A stretch of DNA of 64,000 nucleotides from Bacteriovoracaceae bacterium (GTDB lineage: Bacteria; Bdellovibrionota; Bacteriovoracia; Bacteriovoracales; Bacteriovoracaceae). The notes under the pieces are model-generated. The model was not told where the DNA came from, ran no database searches, and saw only the letters and a list, made by a program, of their open reading frames with translations. Below, in pieces: positions 28,080 to 38,621 of the stretch. Position 1 is the first letter of the stretch; every line of letters begins with the position of its first letter. The position numbers and the translations under genes were made by a program. Where the stretch lies: NCBI GenBank assembly GCA_965217035.1, contig OZ244226.1:682001-746000 (forward strand), in the 5' to 3' direction.

Positions 28080-28885
28080 GAGAAGTTCACAATATCAATA
28101 TTCGTGTAATCCGTTCCTGCATCAACCTTAGGAGTCCCTGGACGATTATCGAAACGCTCATCAGAAAGCGGTCTTAAAGATCCGGCATCAAATTCAAATA
28201 AACTCATTAACCATGAACCATAATCGAACTCTAGAAGTGTAAAATTCAGAGCAATTCCAAAGCCTATTCCTGTAAAATCAATTTCATCGATTTGTGTTTT
28301 ATCGTTACATGTTCCCGAGCTAATTTTAAAAGTACTGATTTTCTCTGGGTTAGAGACATAGCTTGAGCAAAGATAAAGCTTATACTTGTAATCAATGAAA
28401 CCAGTGTTAAACCCAGCACCGACTTTAAAGGCTCGAATATTTGAAGAGAAATCATAAAAAACTCCCCACTGATAACCAATTGCGATAGATGTCGCTTTGA
28501 CATCTGCAGTAAGGACCCAATTAGGGTTTGCTCCTATGAAAGTCGTCTCTGTTGAACCTTGAATAAAAGAGTTTTCAATCTGAGTTCTATTATTTCCAGA
28601 ATCAACTCCAAGATTTAAGCTTTTACTTGGAAATTCATAGTCGAAAAAGATTTTTGTATAATAATTCTTACCACGAATCCGAGAACGGAAAACCGGAATA
28701 ATTGGAAATTTAGTAATGGCCTCACGTTTAGCCTCTTTCAAATTGATTCCACTATCTTCAGATTTTAATGGATGAGTTGCTTGATAAACTCCAAGTCTCA
28801 GCTTGATTCCGATATCTTTTAAACTAAATGGGTAGCCAGTCGATGCCACGAAAAAAAGTAGTAGAAACTTAATCGGTGAACCCAC
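28067..28885 (-). CDS. Secreted hypothetical protein, probable outer-membrane beta-barrel
   Basis: Signal peptide; alternating beta strands; C-terminal VNFSYFF. Confidence 0.6.
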   Translation of the reverse strand: MGSPIKFLLLFFVASTGYPFSLKDIGIKLRLGVYQATHPLKSEDSGINLKEAKREAITKFPIIPVFRSRIRGKNYYTKIFFDYEFPSKSLNLGVDSGNNRTQIENSFIQGSTETTFIGANPNWVLTADVKATSIAIGYQWGVFYDFSSNIRAFKVGAGFNTGFIDYKYKLYLCSSYVSNPEKISTFKISSGTCNDKTQIDEIDFTGIGFGIALNFTLLEFDYGSWLMSLFEFDAGSLRPLSDERFDNRPGTPKVDAGTDYTNIDIVNFSYFF

Positions 28886-30263
28886 CCTTTGTCATCTTCA
28901 TTGGATCGAGGGCTTTTTTAAGCTCATCTTCGGAAAGATCACACATTTCTTTTGCGACATCGATGAGAGCTCGCTTTTCAGCATAGGCCGTCTTGGCAAT
29001 TTTGGCTGCCAAATCATAACCAATAAGTGGGTTCAAGGCCGTAACAAGAATCGGATTTTTTCCAACCTTATCATTAACGTTTTCTTCATTCACTTCAAGA
29101 AGGTCAACAGACTTCTCAGCGAAGTTCGCACTCGCCTTTCCCAATAATTGAATACTTTCGATTAAATTATGAGCAACAACAGGAAACATAACATTGAGTT
29201 CAAAGTTTCCAGACTGAGCACCAATCGAAACGGTCACATCATTCCCGATGACTTGAGCACAAACCATACAAACAGATTCTTCAATCACCGGGTTTACCTT
29301 TCCAGGCATAATAGAAGATCCAGGCTGAAGAGCTGCTAATTTAATATCACTCACTCCTGAATTGGGTCCTGAGTTCATCCAACGGAAATCATTTCCTATT
29401 TTCATAAGCCCTGTCGCATATGATTTTAAAAGTCCACTCATCTCACAAGGAGCATCAAGTGTAGCTTGAGCTTCAAAATGATCAGTTGCTTCTACAAAAT
29501 TAAATTCTGTGATCTTTGAAACCTCAGCAGCAAACTTCGAACCAAAGTCAGCGTGAGTGTTGATCCCTGTACCAACGGCCGTTCCTCCTTGAGGAAGTTC
29601 ATTTAATCTTTGAAGCCCCGATTTTACTCTCTCGATTCCAAGTTCCACTTGTCTAGCATAACCACCAAAAACTTGCTCAAAAGTAACAGGCATCGCATCC
29701 ATAAGATGCGTTCTTCCAGTCTTAACAATATGAGCATTTTTCTTACCTTGAGCAGTCAAAGAAGCTTTGAGCTTTTCCATTCCAGGAATCAAAGTTTCTG
29801 TCGCTTCCACACAAGCTGCAATTCTTAAGGCCGTAGGAAAAACATCGTTAGAACTTTGCCCAAAGTTTACGTGATCATTCGGATGAACCTTAATATCCAT
29901 TCCTCTTTCTTGACCGATATTTGTCGCAAGAGTGGCCACGACTTCGTTGGTATTCATATTCGAAGAAGTCCCTGATCCTGTTTGATAGATATCAATCGGA
30001 AACTGATCATTGAGTTCACCAGCAATGACTTTATCAGCCGCAGCAACAATTAACTCTGAAATTTCTTTTGAAACTAAACCGAGTTCAGCATTGACGATAG
30101 CAGCGGATCTTTTAATGATTCCAAGTGCCTTAATCACCGATGGCTTTATTGTGATTCCACTGATTGGGAAGTTATTCACAGCGCGCTGTGTTTGAGCTTG
30201 ATAAAGAGCGTTAGCTGGGACTTGAACCTCTCCCATCGAGTCTTTTTCTGTACGAAATTCCAT
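28869..30263 (-). CDS. fumC: Class II fumarate hydratase
   Basis: QTGSGTSSNMN, HPNDHVN, GRTHLMDA, GSSIMPGKVNP. Confidence 0.96.
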   Translation of the reverse strand: MEFRTEKDSMGEVQVPANALYQAQTQRAVNNFPISGITIKPSVIKALGIIKRSAAIVNAELGLVSKEISELIVAAADKVIAGELNDQFPIDIYQTGSGTSSNMNTNEVVATLATNIGQERGMDIKVHPNDHVNFGQSSNDVFPTALRIAACVEATETLIPGMEKLKASLTAQGKKNAHIVKTGRTHLMDAMPVTFEQVFGGYARQVELGIERVKSGLQRLNELPQGGTAVGTGINTHADFGSKFAAEVSKITEFNFVEATDHFEAQATLDAPCEMSGLLKSYATGLMKIGNDFRWMNSGPNSGVSDIKLAALQPGSSIMPGKVNPVIEESVCMVCAQVIGNDVTVSIGAQSGNFELNVMFPVVAHNLIESIQLLGKASANFAEKSVDLLEVNEENVNDKVGKNPILVTALNPLIGYDLAAKIAKTAYAEKRALIDVAKEMCDLSEDELKKALDPMKMTKGGFTD

Positions 30264-30469
30264 GTTTCTCCTTAAGTCAAAAATAAGATGGAATCATGAT
30301 AAATCATCGAGCATAAAAATCCCAAAAAAATTAGATGAAATTCAGGCTGACGAGTTTTATACTCACATGGTTTCGTTTTTTTCAGTAGGAGCCAGATGGA
30401 AGCCGTACTAAGATTCATACTGCGACAGTGCAGCGACGTCCTGAAAAGGCGAAAACAGAAGAGTATATT

Positions 30470-32476
30470 ATGGATCTGAGCGGACTTAACCCACAGCAGA
30501 GGGAAGCGGCATCGACGCTCAAAGGCCCTCTTTTGATACTTGCCGGCGCAGGCTCCGGTAAAACACGGACAATTACGATGCGTATGGCGCACATGATCGA
30601 CGATCAGAAAATCCCTGCTGATCAAATTCTTGCCATTACCTTCACTAATAAAGCTGCTCGTGAAATGGCCGAAAGAGTTGGAAAATTCCTCTGGGGCAAA
30701 CAAAAACCGACTATAGGAACTTTCCATTACTTGGGTCTCAATATCCTAAAAGAAGACATTGATAAATTAGGTTACCAGAAAAACTTCACACTCTACGATC
30801 GATCAGACCAATTGAGTCTCGTTCGAGAAGCCTTGAAATACCTCAAAAATGGAAAAGCTTTTGATAAGCAGACATTACTTTCCATGATCGGTGATATGAA
30901 AAATAAAAATATGTCACTTGATGCCTATCTTAATTCTCCATTCATTAGCCTTGAAGATGATTACGGCATTGCACTCGATCATGTTTATAGATTCATGAAA
31001 GAAAAGATGGAGTATTTCAATGCCATCGACTTTGATGATATTCTTCTATTGGTTTGTGAACTCTTTGATAAGTACCCAGAAGTTGCTGAAAAATATTCGA
31101 AAAAATATCAATACTTAATGGTCGATGAGTACCAAGATACCAATCCTCTTCAATTCAAAATGATCCGAGGCCTTACTTCTACCCATAATAATATTTGCGT
31201 CGTTGGTGATGACGACCAATCGATCTATGGTTTCCGCGGAGCTGATATTAAAAATATTCTTAATTTTGAGAAGCAGTTCCAAAACACCAAGGTTATCAAA
31301 CTTGAAGAGAACTATCGCTCGACAGCGGCTATTCTTGACCTTGCAAACGCCATCATTAAAGAGAACAAAAATAGAAAAGAAAAGGCTATGTGGACCAGCG
31401 GGGAAAAAGGAGAACTCCCCTTCCTCTGGGTCACAGGTGATGCCACACATGAAGCACAGATTGTTTGTGATAAGGTTGTAAAACTGCGTAATGAGGGACA
31501 GTCCTTAAAAGAAATGGCGATTCTCTATCGAAGTAATACACAGACCCCTCCTTTTGAGGATCAATTACGTCTCAATCAAATCCCTTATCGTATTCTTGGA
31601 GGACAAAAACTTTATGAACGAAAAGAAGTAAAAGATATTATCGCCTATCTTTCGACTATCCAAAATCCTTTTAATGACATCTCTGTCCGACGGATTTTGA
31701 ACGTTCCCGCCCGAGGAATTGGGCCTAAGACCTTAAAAAAATATTTGGACATCTCGGAGAAGGCTAATACCAATCTTTATAAGGCCATGAATAAGGAAGC
31801 TTATACTCAAGGAGATATGAAGGTTTCTGCTTTCCTTGAAATGATTCAAGGACTCAAGAAGAACTTTAAAGAAATGAGTCTTTCTCAAGCCATCCAAGAA
31901 GTCATTACTCAAACAAAATATGAAAGTTATATCGAACAGCTCTACGAAGGAACGAAACAAGTCGATATGAGAAAGAATTCACTTAATTTACTCTTAGAAT
32001 CAGCGAAAAGATTTGAGAATCAAACGAATATACCTCCGACCCTAAAAAACTTTTTAGAATTTATCTTATTAGTAGATAATCAAGATTCTAAAGATGAAAA
32101 AGAGAATAAAAATGAAATAACATTAATGACTCTTCATTCTTCAAAAGGACTTGAGTTTGATAATGTTTTTCTTGTTGGAGTGGAAGAAGAGCTTCTTCCT
32201 CATAAGAAGACAATCACTCAAAATGAAGACATTAGTGAAGAACGAAGACTTTGTTATGTTGGTATCACTCGTGCACGTAAAAACCTTATTATGACTTATT
32301 GTAAAGAACGAAAACTCTACAACAAAAACTCTAAGAGAGCCCCTTCGCGCTTTTTATTAGAACATAAGGAACTCTACACAGAACAAGATCGTACTGGTTT
32401 CGGGCATATGACAGTCGAAGAAGCTGATGAATATAAAGCTCAAATTTTTTCAGATATTTTAAATTCACTCGATTAA
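30470..32476 (+). CDS. UvrD/Rep/PcrA family SF1 helicase
   Basis: AGAGSGKT, FTNKAA, VDEYQD, VGDDDQSIY, LEENYRS, HSSKGLEF, EERRLCYVGITRA; start placed at MDLSGLN. Confidence 0.95.
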   Translation: MDLSGLNPQQREAASTLKGPLLILAGAGSGKTRTITMRMAHMIDDQKIPADQILAITFTNKAAREMAERVGKFLWGKQKPTIGTFHYLGLNILKEDIDKLGYQKNFTLYDRSDQLSLVREALKYLKNGKAFDKQTLLSMIGDMKNKNMSLDAYLNSPFISLEDDYGIALDHVYRFMKEKMEYFNAIDFDDILLLVCELFDKYPEVAEKYSKKYQYLMVDEYQDTNPLQFKMIRGLTSTHNNICVVGDDDQSIYGFRGADIKNILNFEKQFQNTKVIKLEENYRSTAAILDLANAIIKENKNRKEKAMWTSGEKGELPFLWVTGDATHEAQIVCDKVVKLRNEGQSLKEMAILYRSNTQTPPFEDQLRLNQIPYRILGGQKLYERKEVKDIIAYLSTIQNPFNDISVRRILNVPARGIGPKTLKKYLDISEKANTNLYKAMNKEAYTQGDMKVSAFLEMIQGLKKNFKEMSLSQAIQEVITQTKYESYIEQLYEGTKQVDMRKNSLNLLLESAKRFENQTNIPPTLKNFLEFILLVDNQDSKDEKENKNEITLMTLHSSKGLEFDNVFLVGVEEELLPHKKTITQNEDISEERRLCYVGITRARKNLIMTYCKERKLYNKNSKRAPSRFLLEHKELYTEQDRTGFGHMTVEEADEYKAQIFSDILNSLD

Positions 32477-33747
32477 TTTTTCTCTGTTAGCGATTTCCAG
32501 AACCTTCTAAAACCACTCTTCTTCTCAGGAGCGTTTATTTTGCTTGGAAGGACTTCTCCCTCTAGTTTTATACCGATCAGTGAATCTTGCAATTTAATAG
32601 TCCTGGCCGGCTCGACTTTTACGCGAGTCGTTTCAAATTCTCTCGCTTGCTCATTCGCCTGTTCTTGTCCTTCGCGAAGTTTTTTAAGGATTTTATTATT
32701 AGCTTCTCTCCAAATGTCTTGAGCGTATTTTACTTTAACAACTTTTCCAGTTGCTTTATCAATATTTCCATCACCATTATAATGCTGAAGAGCTTTTTTA
32801 TAAACATACTCTTTATTCCAAATCAGATCTCCATTTTTTCTAGAAGTGCAATTGGAACTAGGAGCTAAACGGCATTGATAAGCTAAATAAGTTTTTAAAA
32901 GTAAACTTCCATAAGAAACACTCGCAAGCATATGATCTTTGAAGTAATTCTTTAAAATACGAACTGCATCCTTAGTGATAAGACGTCGTCCCTCACGTTT
33001 AAAATAAAGTTTTCCGTCATAAATCTTATCAACCGTTGGAACTTCCTCTCCAGTTTCCCTCTCCATACACGAAAGAGCATTTAGATTATATGAAATCGCA
33101 TCTCCATTCGCTTCATCAGGGATTATTCCTGTTTGCATTGCGATTTCCCCAAAGGCAATATGAGTAAACTGAGTAAGACCAGAAGCACCTCTTGAACTAA
33201 CAGCAACTGGAGAAAAATAAGACTCTTTATGAATTAATGCTGTTAAAATAATAGGATCAATTTCAAAACACTTTCTCGCAGCGAGGATGTATTCAGCAAT
33301 CTTTTTAGACTTTTCAATGAGATAAACCTCTTGCTCAGCTGCTTTGGCATCACTGTAAATAAAGCCCCACCGTGAAGGCCATCGACTTGCCGATTTATCG
33401 ATATCAAATTTCATAACCATATAAGGGGCAGCTCTCACTCTTTCATTAAAGGTGGATCTTGATAGAACTTTCCTTGGTCTTAAAGGTTTCTCTCCATTCT
33501 TCTTTCTGACAAAATCATCAGCTGAAGCGACGTATTTATTCATGATCTCGAGAATATAATCATCCAAAAGATTTCTTAAAGAAACCTCAGGAACGTGATA
33601 ACGAGATTTCAAAGAGTAATCCCCCTTATAGGCACGAAAATCTTCCTCTATATAACCAGTTTTAAAGATCCCATCTCCCCAGAGTTGAGAACTGGACAGA
33701 AGAACCAAAAGAAGTAGTAAGCTATTGAAAAATTTAGGGATTTGCAT
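32473..33747 (-). CDS. Secreted lytic transglycosylase (SLT domain)
   Basis: LIHKESYF...SSRGASGLTQ...HYNG; signal peptide from MQIPKF. Confidence 0.85.
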   Translation of the reverse strand: MQIPKFFNSLLLLLVLLSSSQLWGDGIFKTGYIEEDFRAYKGDYSLKSRYHVPEVSLRNLLDDYILEIMNKYVASADDFVRKKNGEKPLRPRKVLSRSTFNERVRAAPYMVMKFDIDKSASRWPSRWGFIYSDAKAAEQEVYLIEKSKKIAEYILAARKCFEIDPIILTALIHKESYFSPVAVSSRGASGLTQFTHIAFGEIAMQTGIIPDEANGDAISYNLNALSCMERETGEEVPTVDKIYDGKLYFKREGRRLITKDAVRILKNYFKDHMLASVSYGSLLLKTYLAYQCRLAPSSNCTSRKNGDLIWNKEYVYKKALQHYNGDGNIDKATGKVVKVKYAQDIWREANNKILKKLREGQEQANEQAREFETTRVKVEPARTIKLQDSLIGIKLEGEVLPSKINAPEKKSGFRRFWKSLTEKN

Positions 33748-33840
33748 TAGGGAAAGTTTATCATGGCGCATCACATCATGCACTCTTCACTTGCTAGTCT
33801 GTAAAAATTACAGTGGTTTTACTCTGAAAAAGTCTTCTTC

Positions 33841-34113
33841 TTATCTATCAGAAAAGCTAAAGGCCAAGAAGAAGTGAACAAAGTTCAAAATAAAACAAAC
33901 CATATAAAGTGCGATCAAAACTGGAGAAATAAGTGGCAAATCCAACTCCAGGGCAAGGGCAATGCACGAGAAGCTTAAGACATTTAGGAAATATCTTAAA
34001 CGATCGAAGCCAATCAACTGCTTCCAGTTATGACTTAAATGTTGAATGATTAAAAAAGATGAAAAAACGAGAAGGGCTTGAAGAACAAATATTAATCCGA
34101 AATGCGTGTTCAT
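33841..34113 (-). CDS. Small membrane protein (about three TM helices)
   Basis: 90 aa, hydrophobic; TATAAT 6 nt upstream. Confidence 0.6.
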   Translation of the reverse strand: MNTHFGLIFVLQALLVFSSFLIIQHLSHNWKQLIGFDRLRYFLNVLSFSCIALALELDLPLISPVLIALYMVCFILNFVHFFLAFSFSDR

Positions 34114-34174
34114 CTCTCAATTATAAAAGAAAATAACGCGCTATATTTATATGTGAGGTTTTTTCCGTCGAGAA

Positions 34175-34366
34175 CTAATAAAGCTCTTCTTTAAAAGAAG
34201 ACTCGTCTAGATAAGAGACCATCGAATCTTTCTTTTCAGTTTTTTCCACTTTTTTCTTCGGCTTAAGGCTTAAGAGATTCGTATTAACAAACTTACTCAT
34301 ATTCCGCCTAAACGTCCCCAGCGGCTGCTTTCGAAGCAATTCTTTAATGTTTTTATCTAAACTCAT
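34175..34366 (-). CDS. Small hypothetical protein
   Basis: 63 aa ORF with a GGAG RBS; fills an intergenic gap. Confidence 0.55.
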   Translation of the reverse strand: MSLDKNIKELLRKQPLGTFRRNMSKFVNTNLLSLKPKKKVEKTEKKDSMVSYLDESSFKEELY

Positions 34367-34451
34367 TTGATCTCCGTATCAAAACTTCTCACCATTCCAT
34401 AGTTAAGTGTAGCTATGATTATGAATACTGGAGAAGACAAGTCAAACAGAC

Positions 34452-35636
34452 TTATTGACAAGAAATTAAATGTAAGACTTTTAATAGACTTTCCTGCTTC
34501 AGGAGCATTTCTTGATATTCATCTTCTGGGCCACTTTGGAGGGTGATTCCTCCTCCTGCACCAATACTAACTAGCTGATTTTTAAGGTCAATTTCGAAGG
34601 TTCTAATGTTAATGCTAGCGCTGGAGAGCTCTCCAAAGTTCAAAAAAGTTGAGCCACAATAATGACCTCTCGGAGAAGACTCCGAATTGTCGATAATTTT
34701 CATAACGCGTCGCTTAGGGGCCCCTGTCACACTCCCTCCTGGAAAAAGCGCACTTAGTACTTGATACAAATTAACCTTTTTTGAAGTTTTAACAGCAATT
34801 CGAGAATAGAGATGCCAAAGGCCTGGAACCTTCAAAAGAAGCCTCCTATGTAAAACCCTTACTCGAGGTTGCTCTATTTTTGCTAAATCGTTTCGAACTA
34901 AATCCGTAATCATATTAAGTTCGGCAATATTCTTTTCTGAATGGAAAAGTTCTTTCGCTTTTTCTTGGTCTTCTCCTTTGAGAGTTCCCTTAATTGGTGT
35001 CGAATGAATTTCAAGATGGCCTTCATGACGATACACTTGAAATAAACATTCAGGGGAATTACTTAAAATCAATTTTTCAAGATAAGGAATATAAGTATGA
35101 TGAGCGTATTCGCTGAGATTACCTGAACTATAAAAACACTTAAGAATTCTTTCTCTATCAAGCTGAACTGAACTCCATTGATGAACATGAGTATAATTAA
35201 CTTGGTAGCAATCTCCATCCAAAAGATGTTTCATAATTTGATTAAAGTTTTTTTGATAATCCTTAAAAGTAAGAGAATCACCTTTTAAAAGTGAAATCTT
35301 ACTTGATAGAACGCCTGGATAAGAAATCCATTTCGACCTTTTATAACGAATACGAATAAAAAGAGGAATATTTGAACTAACTTTCACATCGCTCGCAAAA
35401 CAATGCCCAAGTTCATAACAAAAATGAAAGACCTCAGGAATATCAACTTTGTTAGCAACTTTATAATTCTCAAGTTTTTTTAGTTCATCAATAATCTTAA
35501 TCGATACAACTTCACCAGTGAGAAGATTAATTTTTTTATCAGAGAAATAAAGAAAAGCAATTTCTGGTTCGGTTAGAAGTAAACCTTCTTGCTTCTTTGA
35601 AAAGTGAAAAACCGAATGAAGTTCTCTCGGGAACAT
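34452..35636 (-). CDS. pabB: Chorismate-binding protein (aminodeoxychorismate synthase component I-like)
   Basis: GDCYQVN, SPE, PIKGT, ELNMITDLVRNDL, FPGGSVTGAPK, INIRT. Confidence 0.8.
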   Translation of the reverse strand: MFPRELHSVFHFSKKQEGLLLTEPEIAFLYFSDKKINLLTGEVVSIKIIDELKKLENYKVANKVDIPEVFHFCYELGHCFASDVKVSSNIPLFIRIRYKRSKWISYPGVLSSKISLLKGDSLTFKDYQKNFNQIMKHLLDGDCYQVNYTHVHQWSSVQLDRERILKCFYSSGNLSEYAHHTYIPYLEKLILSNSPECLFQVYRHEGHLEIHSTPIKGTLKGEDQEKAKELFHSEKNIAELNMITDLVRNDLAKIEQPRVRVLHRRLLLKVPGLWHLYSRIAVKTSKKVNLYQVLSALFPGGSVTGAPKRRVMKIIDNSESSPRGHYCGSTFLNFGELSSASINIRTFEIDLKNQLVSIGAGGGITLQSGPEDEYQEMLLKQESLLKVLHLISCQ

Positions 35637-35639
35637 TTT

Positions 35640-37001
35640 TTACTGCGCTGGTGGTGGCGGACTCGAATCATTTTGATAGTTCTGTTCAAGTGGTGCAAAC
35701 TTTGTTTGAGAACCAATCCAAGCGAGTTTAACTGTCCCTCTGGAGCCTGCTCGGTTTTTTGCAACAATAACCTCTGCGATCCCTTTATCTTTCGTTTCAG
35801 GGTTATACATTTCATCTCGATAAACCATAAGAACAATATCGGCATCCTGCTCGATCGAACCTGATTCCCTCAGATCAGAGATAAGTGGTCGTTTGTCAGG
35901 TCTTGCTTCAACTGCTCGGTTGAGCTGAGAAAGAGCAATTACGGGACATTCTAATTCTTTAGCAAGATTCTTGAGCCCTCTTGAAATTTCAGAGATTTGT
36001 TGTTCCCTCGGCATTCTAGGGTTATGTGACTGCATTAGCTGAAGGTAGTCAATAACGACAAGCCCTAGTCCATGTTCCAGCTTAATTTTTCGGCATTGAG
36101 ATTTAATATCCAATAAATTGATGTCCGCTGCATCGTTAATGAAAAAAGGAAATTGAGAAAGTTCCTGAACTGACATTGCAATATTTCTTAGATCAGTATC
36201 AAGAAAATTCTTTGTTCTTAATCTTTCAGAATCAACTCCCGCCTCAAAAGATAGAACTCTCATACTTAATTCTTGCGCTAACATTTCCAATGAAAAGATA
36301 GCAACTGGAAGAGTCGATGCTCTTACTGAATTGACTGCAACACTTAAAGCGAGAGACGTTTTTCCAACCCCTGGACGAGCAGCAAGAATAATCAATTGTC
36401 CTGGTTGCATCCCTAGTAATGCTTTATCAAGATCTCTAAACCCTGTCGGCATCCCTGAAATTTCGCCTTTCTTTCGAGTCGCATTTTCAAGTTCTTTAAG
36501 GTTCATCTTTAAAAAGGTTTTAAGGTCTCTCAGTCCACCTTTTCGTGATTCAGTCGTCAATTTAAAAAAATTCTCTTCCACTTCTTGCATGAAATCACTA
36601 ACACTTCCAGAGTGTGTGCTTCCTGATTCAATAACTCGAGAGGCGGTTCGAAGCACCTCCCTCATTAATGATTTTTCTTTCACAATCCGAGCATAATGTT
36701 CAACATTGACTGTTGAAGCTTGATCTTCAATAAGCTGGAGAACAAAAGACTGTCCTCCAATTTGTTCAAGCCTTCCCATATCAGAAAGCTTAGAGCAAAC
36801 GCTCACATAATCAATCGCTCGAGAATCGATGTGCAAATCTTTAATCGATTTAAAGATGATTTGGTATTTCGGATCATAAAAATCCGTTTCCAATAGACCC
36901 GTCTCACTAATCATGTCATAGCAAGACGAATCAATAAGGAGACACCCCAAAAGGGACTTTTCTGTCAAAAGATCATGAGGCATCTCCTTAACGGCTTTCA
37001 T
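35640..37001 (-). CDS. dnaB: Replicative DNA helicase
   Basis: AARPGVGKT, FSLEM, IDYLQL, LSQLNR, DLRESGSIEQDAD, KNRAG. Confidence 0.98.
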   Translation of the reverse strand: MKAVKEMPHDLLTEKSLLGCLLIDSSCYDMISETGLLETDFYDPKYQIIFKSIKDLHIDSRAIDYVSVCSKLSDMGRLEQIGGQSFVLQLIEDQASTVNVEHYARIVKEKSLMREVLRTASRVIESGSTHSGSVSDFMQEVEENFFKLTTESRKGGLRDLKTFLKMNLKELENATRKKGEISGMPTGFRDLDKALLGMQPGQLIILAARPGVGKTSLALSVAVNSVRASTLPVAIFSLEMLAQELSMRVLSFEAGVDSERLRTKNFLDTDLRNIAMSVQELSQFPFFINDAADINLLDIKSQCRKIKLEHGLGLVVIDYLQLMQSHNPRMPREQQISEISRGLKNLAKELECPVIALSQLNRAVEARPDKRPLISDLRESGSIEQDADIVLMVYRDEMYNPETKDKGIAEVIVAKNRAGSRGTVKLAWIGSQTKFAPLEQNYQNDSSPPPPAQ

Positions 37002-37004
37002 TGA

Positions 37005-37592
37005 CTATTCAGCATCCGTCGAAGCTTCAGAATCAGCAGAAGCATTTTCTTTTGCTGCAGCTTCAGCTGCTGCTTTTTCTTCAGCCGCCTTTTTTTCAGC
37101 AGCAGCTTTTTTGTTTTTAGCCTTTTTCTTATCTTCTTCGATCTGCTTCGCATCTTGTTCAACTTTTACTTTAAAAGTTGCTTCAACATCATGAAAAAGC
37201 TTCGCTTTAATTTCAAATGTTCCAAGTTGCTTGATTGGAGTATCAATAACGATCAATCGTTTCTCTACTTCAATATCATTTTTAGCAAGAATTTGAGAAA
37301 GTTCATTTGCAGTAACAGTTCCAAAAAGTCGTCCATTTCCACCAACTTTCTTTTCAACAGTGACTTGAAAACCATCAAGTTTTCCTGCAATCGCTTGAGC
37401 TGCTGATTTTTCTTCAGCCATTCTCTTTGCTAATGCTTTTTTCTGATCCTCAATAATCGCTTTATTGCTTTCATCAGCAACAACGGCTTTATTCTGTGGA
37501 ATCAGGTAATTTCGAGCGTACCCAGGAGAAACACTAAGAATCTCTCCAACACTCCCTACGTTTTTTACCGTTTCGGTTAAAATAACTTTCAT
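37005..37592 (-). CDS. rplI: 50S ribosomal protein L9 with a Lys/Ala/Glu-rich tail
   Basis: MKVIL...GYARNYLIP, GRLFGTV, PIKQLG. Confidence 0.96.
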   Translation of the reverse strand: MKVILTETVKNVGSVGEILSVSPGYARNYLIPQNKAVVADESNKAIIEDQKKALAKRMAEEKSAAQAIAGKLDGFQVTVEKKVGGNGRLFGTVTANELSQILAKNDIEVEKRLIVIDTPIKQLGTFEIKAKLFHDVEATFKVKVEQDAKQIEEDKKKAKNKKAAAEKKAAEEKAAAEAAAKENASADSEASTDAE

Positions 37593-37603
37593 AATAAGAC
37601 TCC

Positions 37604-38608
37604 TTAATTTTTATCTTTATCTTTTGCTTTTTTCTTTAAAACTAACCTTCTAAAATCGAACCAAGTATCAAACAACCCAAGAACTGCAATTACCCAAGAG
37701 GCCATCATCACGATTAGAATAATCGTCAATGTTCTAAAGAATCCGAAAATTCTATAAACATTAAAGAAAGTAATCACGACTCCAAATCCTTGGAAGAAAT
37801 AGAAAACACCCAGGCATTTCAATAGGCTCGAGCCGACATAAGAATACCATTCAAGGTTTTCATACTCTCCATAAATCGTAGCGCCCAGAGCTCCTACAAC
37901 GAGGAATAGAGCTTGATCAGGAACTTTAAAGGTTAAAAATGTTAACTCCGAATATCTTAAAAGACTCGGAGGTGCGTAAAAATGATAAGTTCGAAGAATC
38001 ATATAGAAATTGAGCCAAAGAATAAAAAATATTCCCATGATAAAGTAAACAGGAATATTCTTCACAAAAAGATCTGCGAGTTCTTCTGGCTTTTCTAATA
38101 GATCCACCATGGCAATGGCTTCAGTCTCTCCTTTTTTAAGAAGAGCTTCTTTTTCTCTTTCTAAGACTTCCTTGCTCTCTTCAATTTTTTCAAGGGCCAA
38201 TTTCTTTAATGAAAAGCCCTGGCTCATTTGTTGAGCAACAATTCCAAATGTAAGAGCAATAATAATAGAACCGCTTGTAATCACGGCCTTCATTGGATGA
38301 AACTTTCTCAGAAAAGATTCAGCAATAAAAAGAGAAAGAATAACAGCTACTATATAGCTAAACTCAACCCCATGAAAATATGGAGTCAATGGACTCATAA
38401 GTTTTGCCGTTATAAGAGTACCTAGTATGCCAAGGTAACCTTTTGTGCGGCCATAAATCAAAATTCCAATAACAATGGGCACAGGTGCAAACACAACCAT
38501 GAATTTGCTAATAGCAAGTGCCAAGGAAGCGCTAAAAAGCATGAAGAATTTACCCATTCCAGGCTTCGTACTCCATCCTCCCATTGTTTGTTGAGTTGCC
38601 ATAACCAT
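37604..38608 (-). CDS. DUF2232/YybS family membrane protein
   Basis: Polytopic; FFQG...LGLFDTWFDFR; usual position between rpsR and rplI. Confidence 0.85.
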   Translation of the reverse strand: MVMATQQTMGGWSTKPGMGKFFMLFSASLALAISKFMVVFAPVPIVIGILIYGRTKGYLGILGTLITAKLMSPLTPYFHGVEFSYIVAVILSLFIAESFLRKFHPMKAVITSGSIIIALTFGIVAQQMSQGFSLKKLALEKIEESKEVLEREKEALLKKGETEAIAMVDLLEKPEELADLFVKNIPVYFIMGIFFILWLNFYMILRTYHFYAPPSLLRYSELTFLTFKVPDQALFLVVGALGATIYGEYENLEWYSYVGSSLLKCLGVFYFFQGFGVVITFFNVYRIFGFFRTLTIILIVMMASWVIAVLGLFDTWFDFRRLVLKKKAKDKDKN

Positions 38609-38621
38609 AGTTTCCTAAAAC

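Noticed and set aside
30272..30727. 151-aa minus-strand ORF, and a possible ncRNA or LexA box in the fumC-helicase spacer
   Set aside because: The ORF is an antisense shadow of the helicase; the CTG..CAG spacing is 8 rather than 10; no convincing structure.
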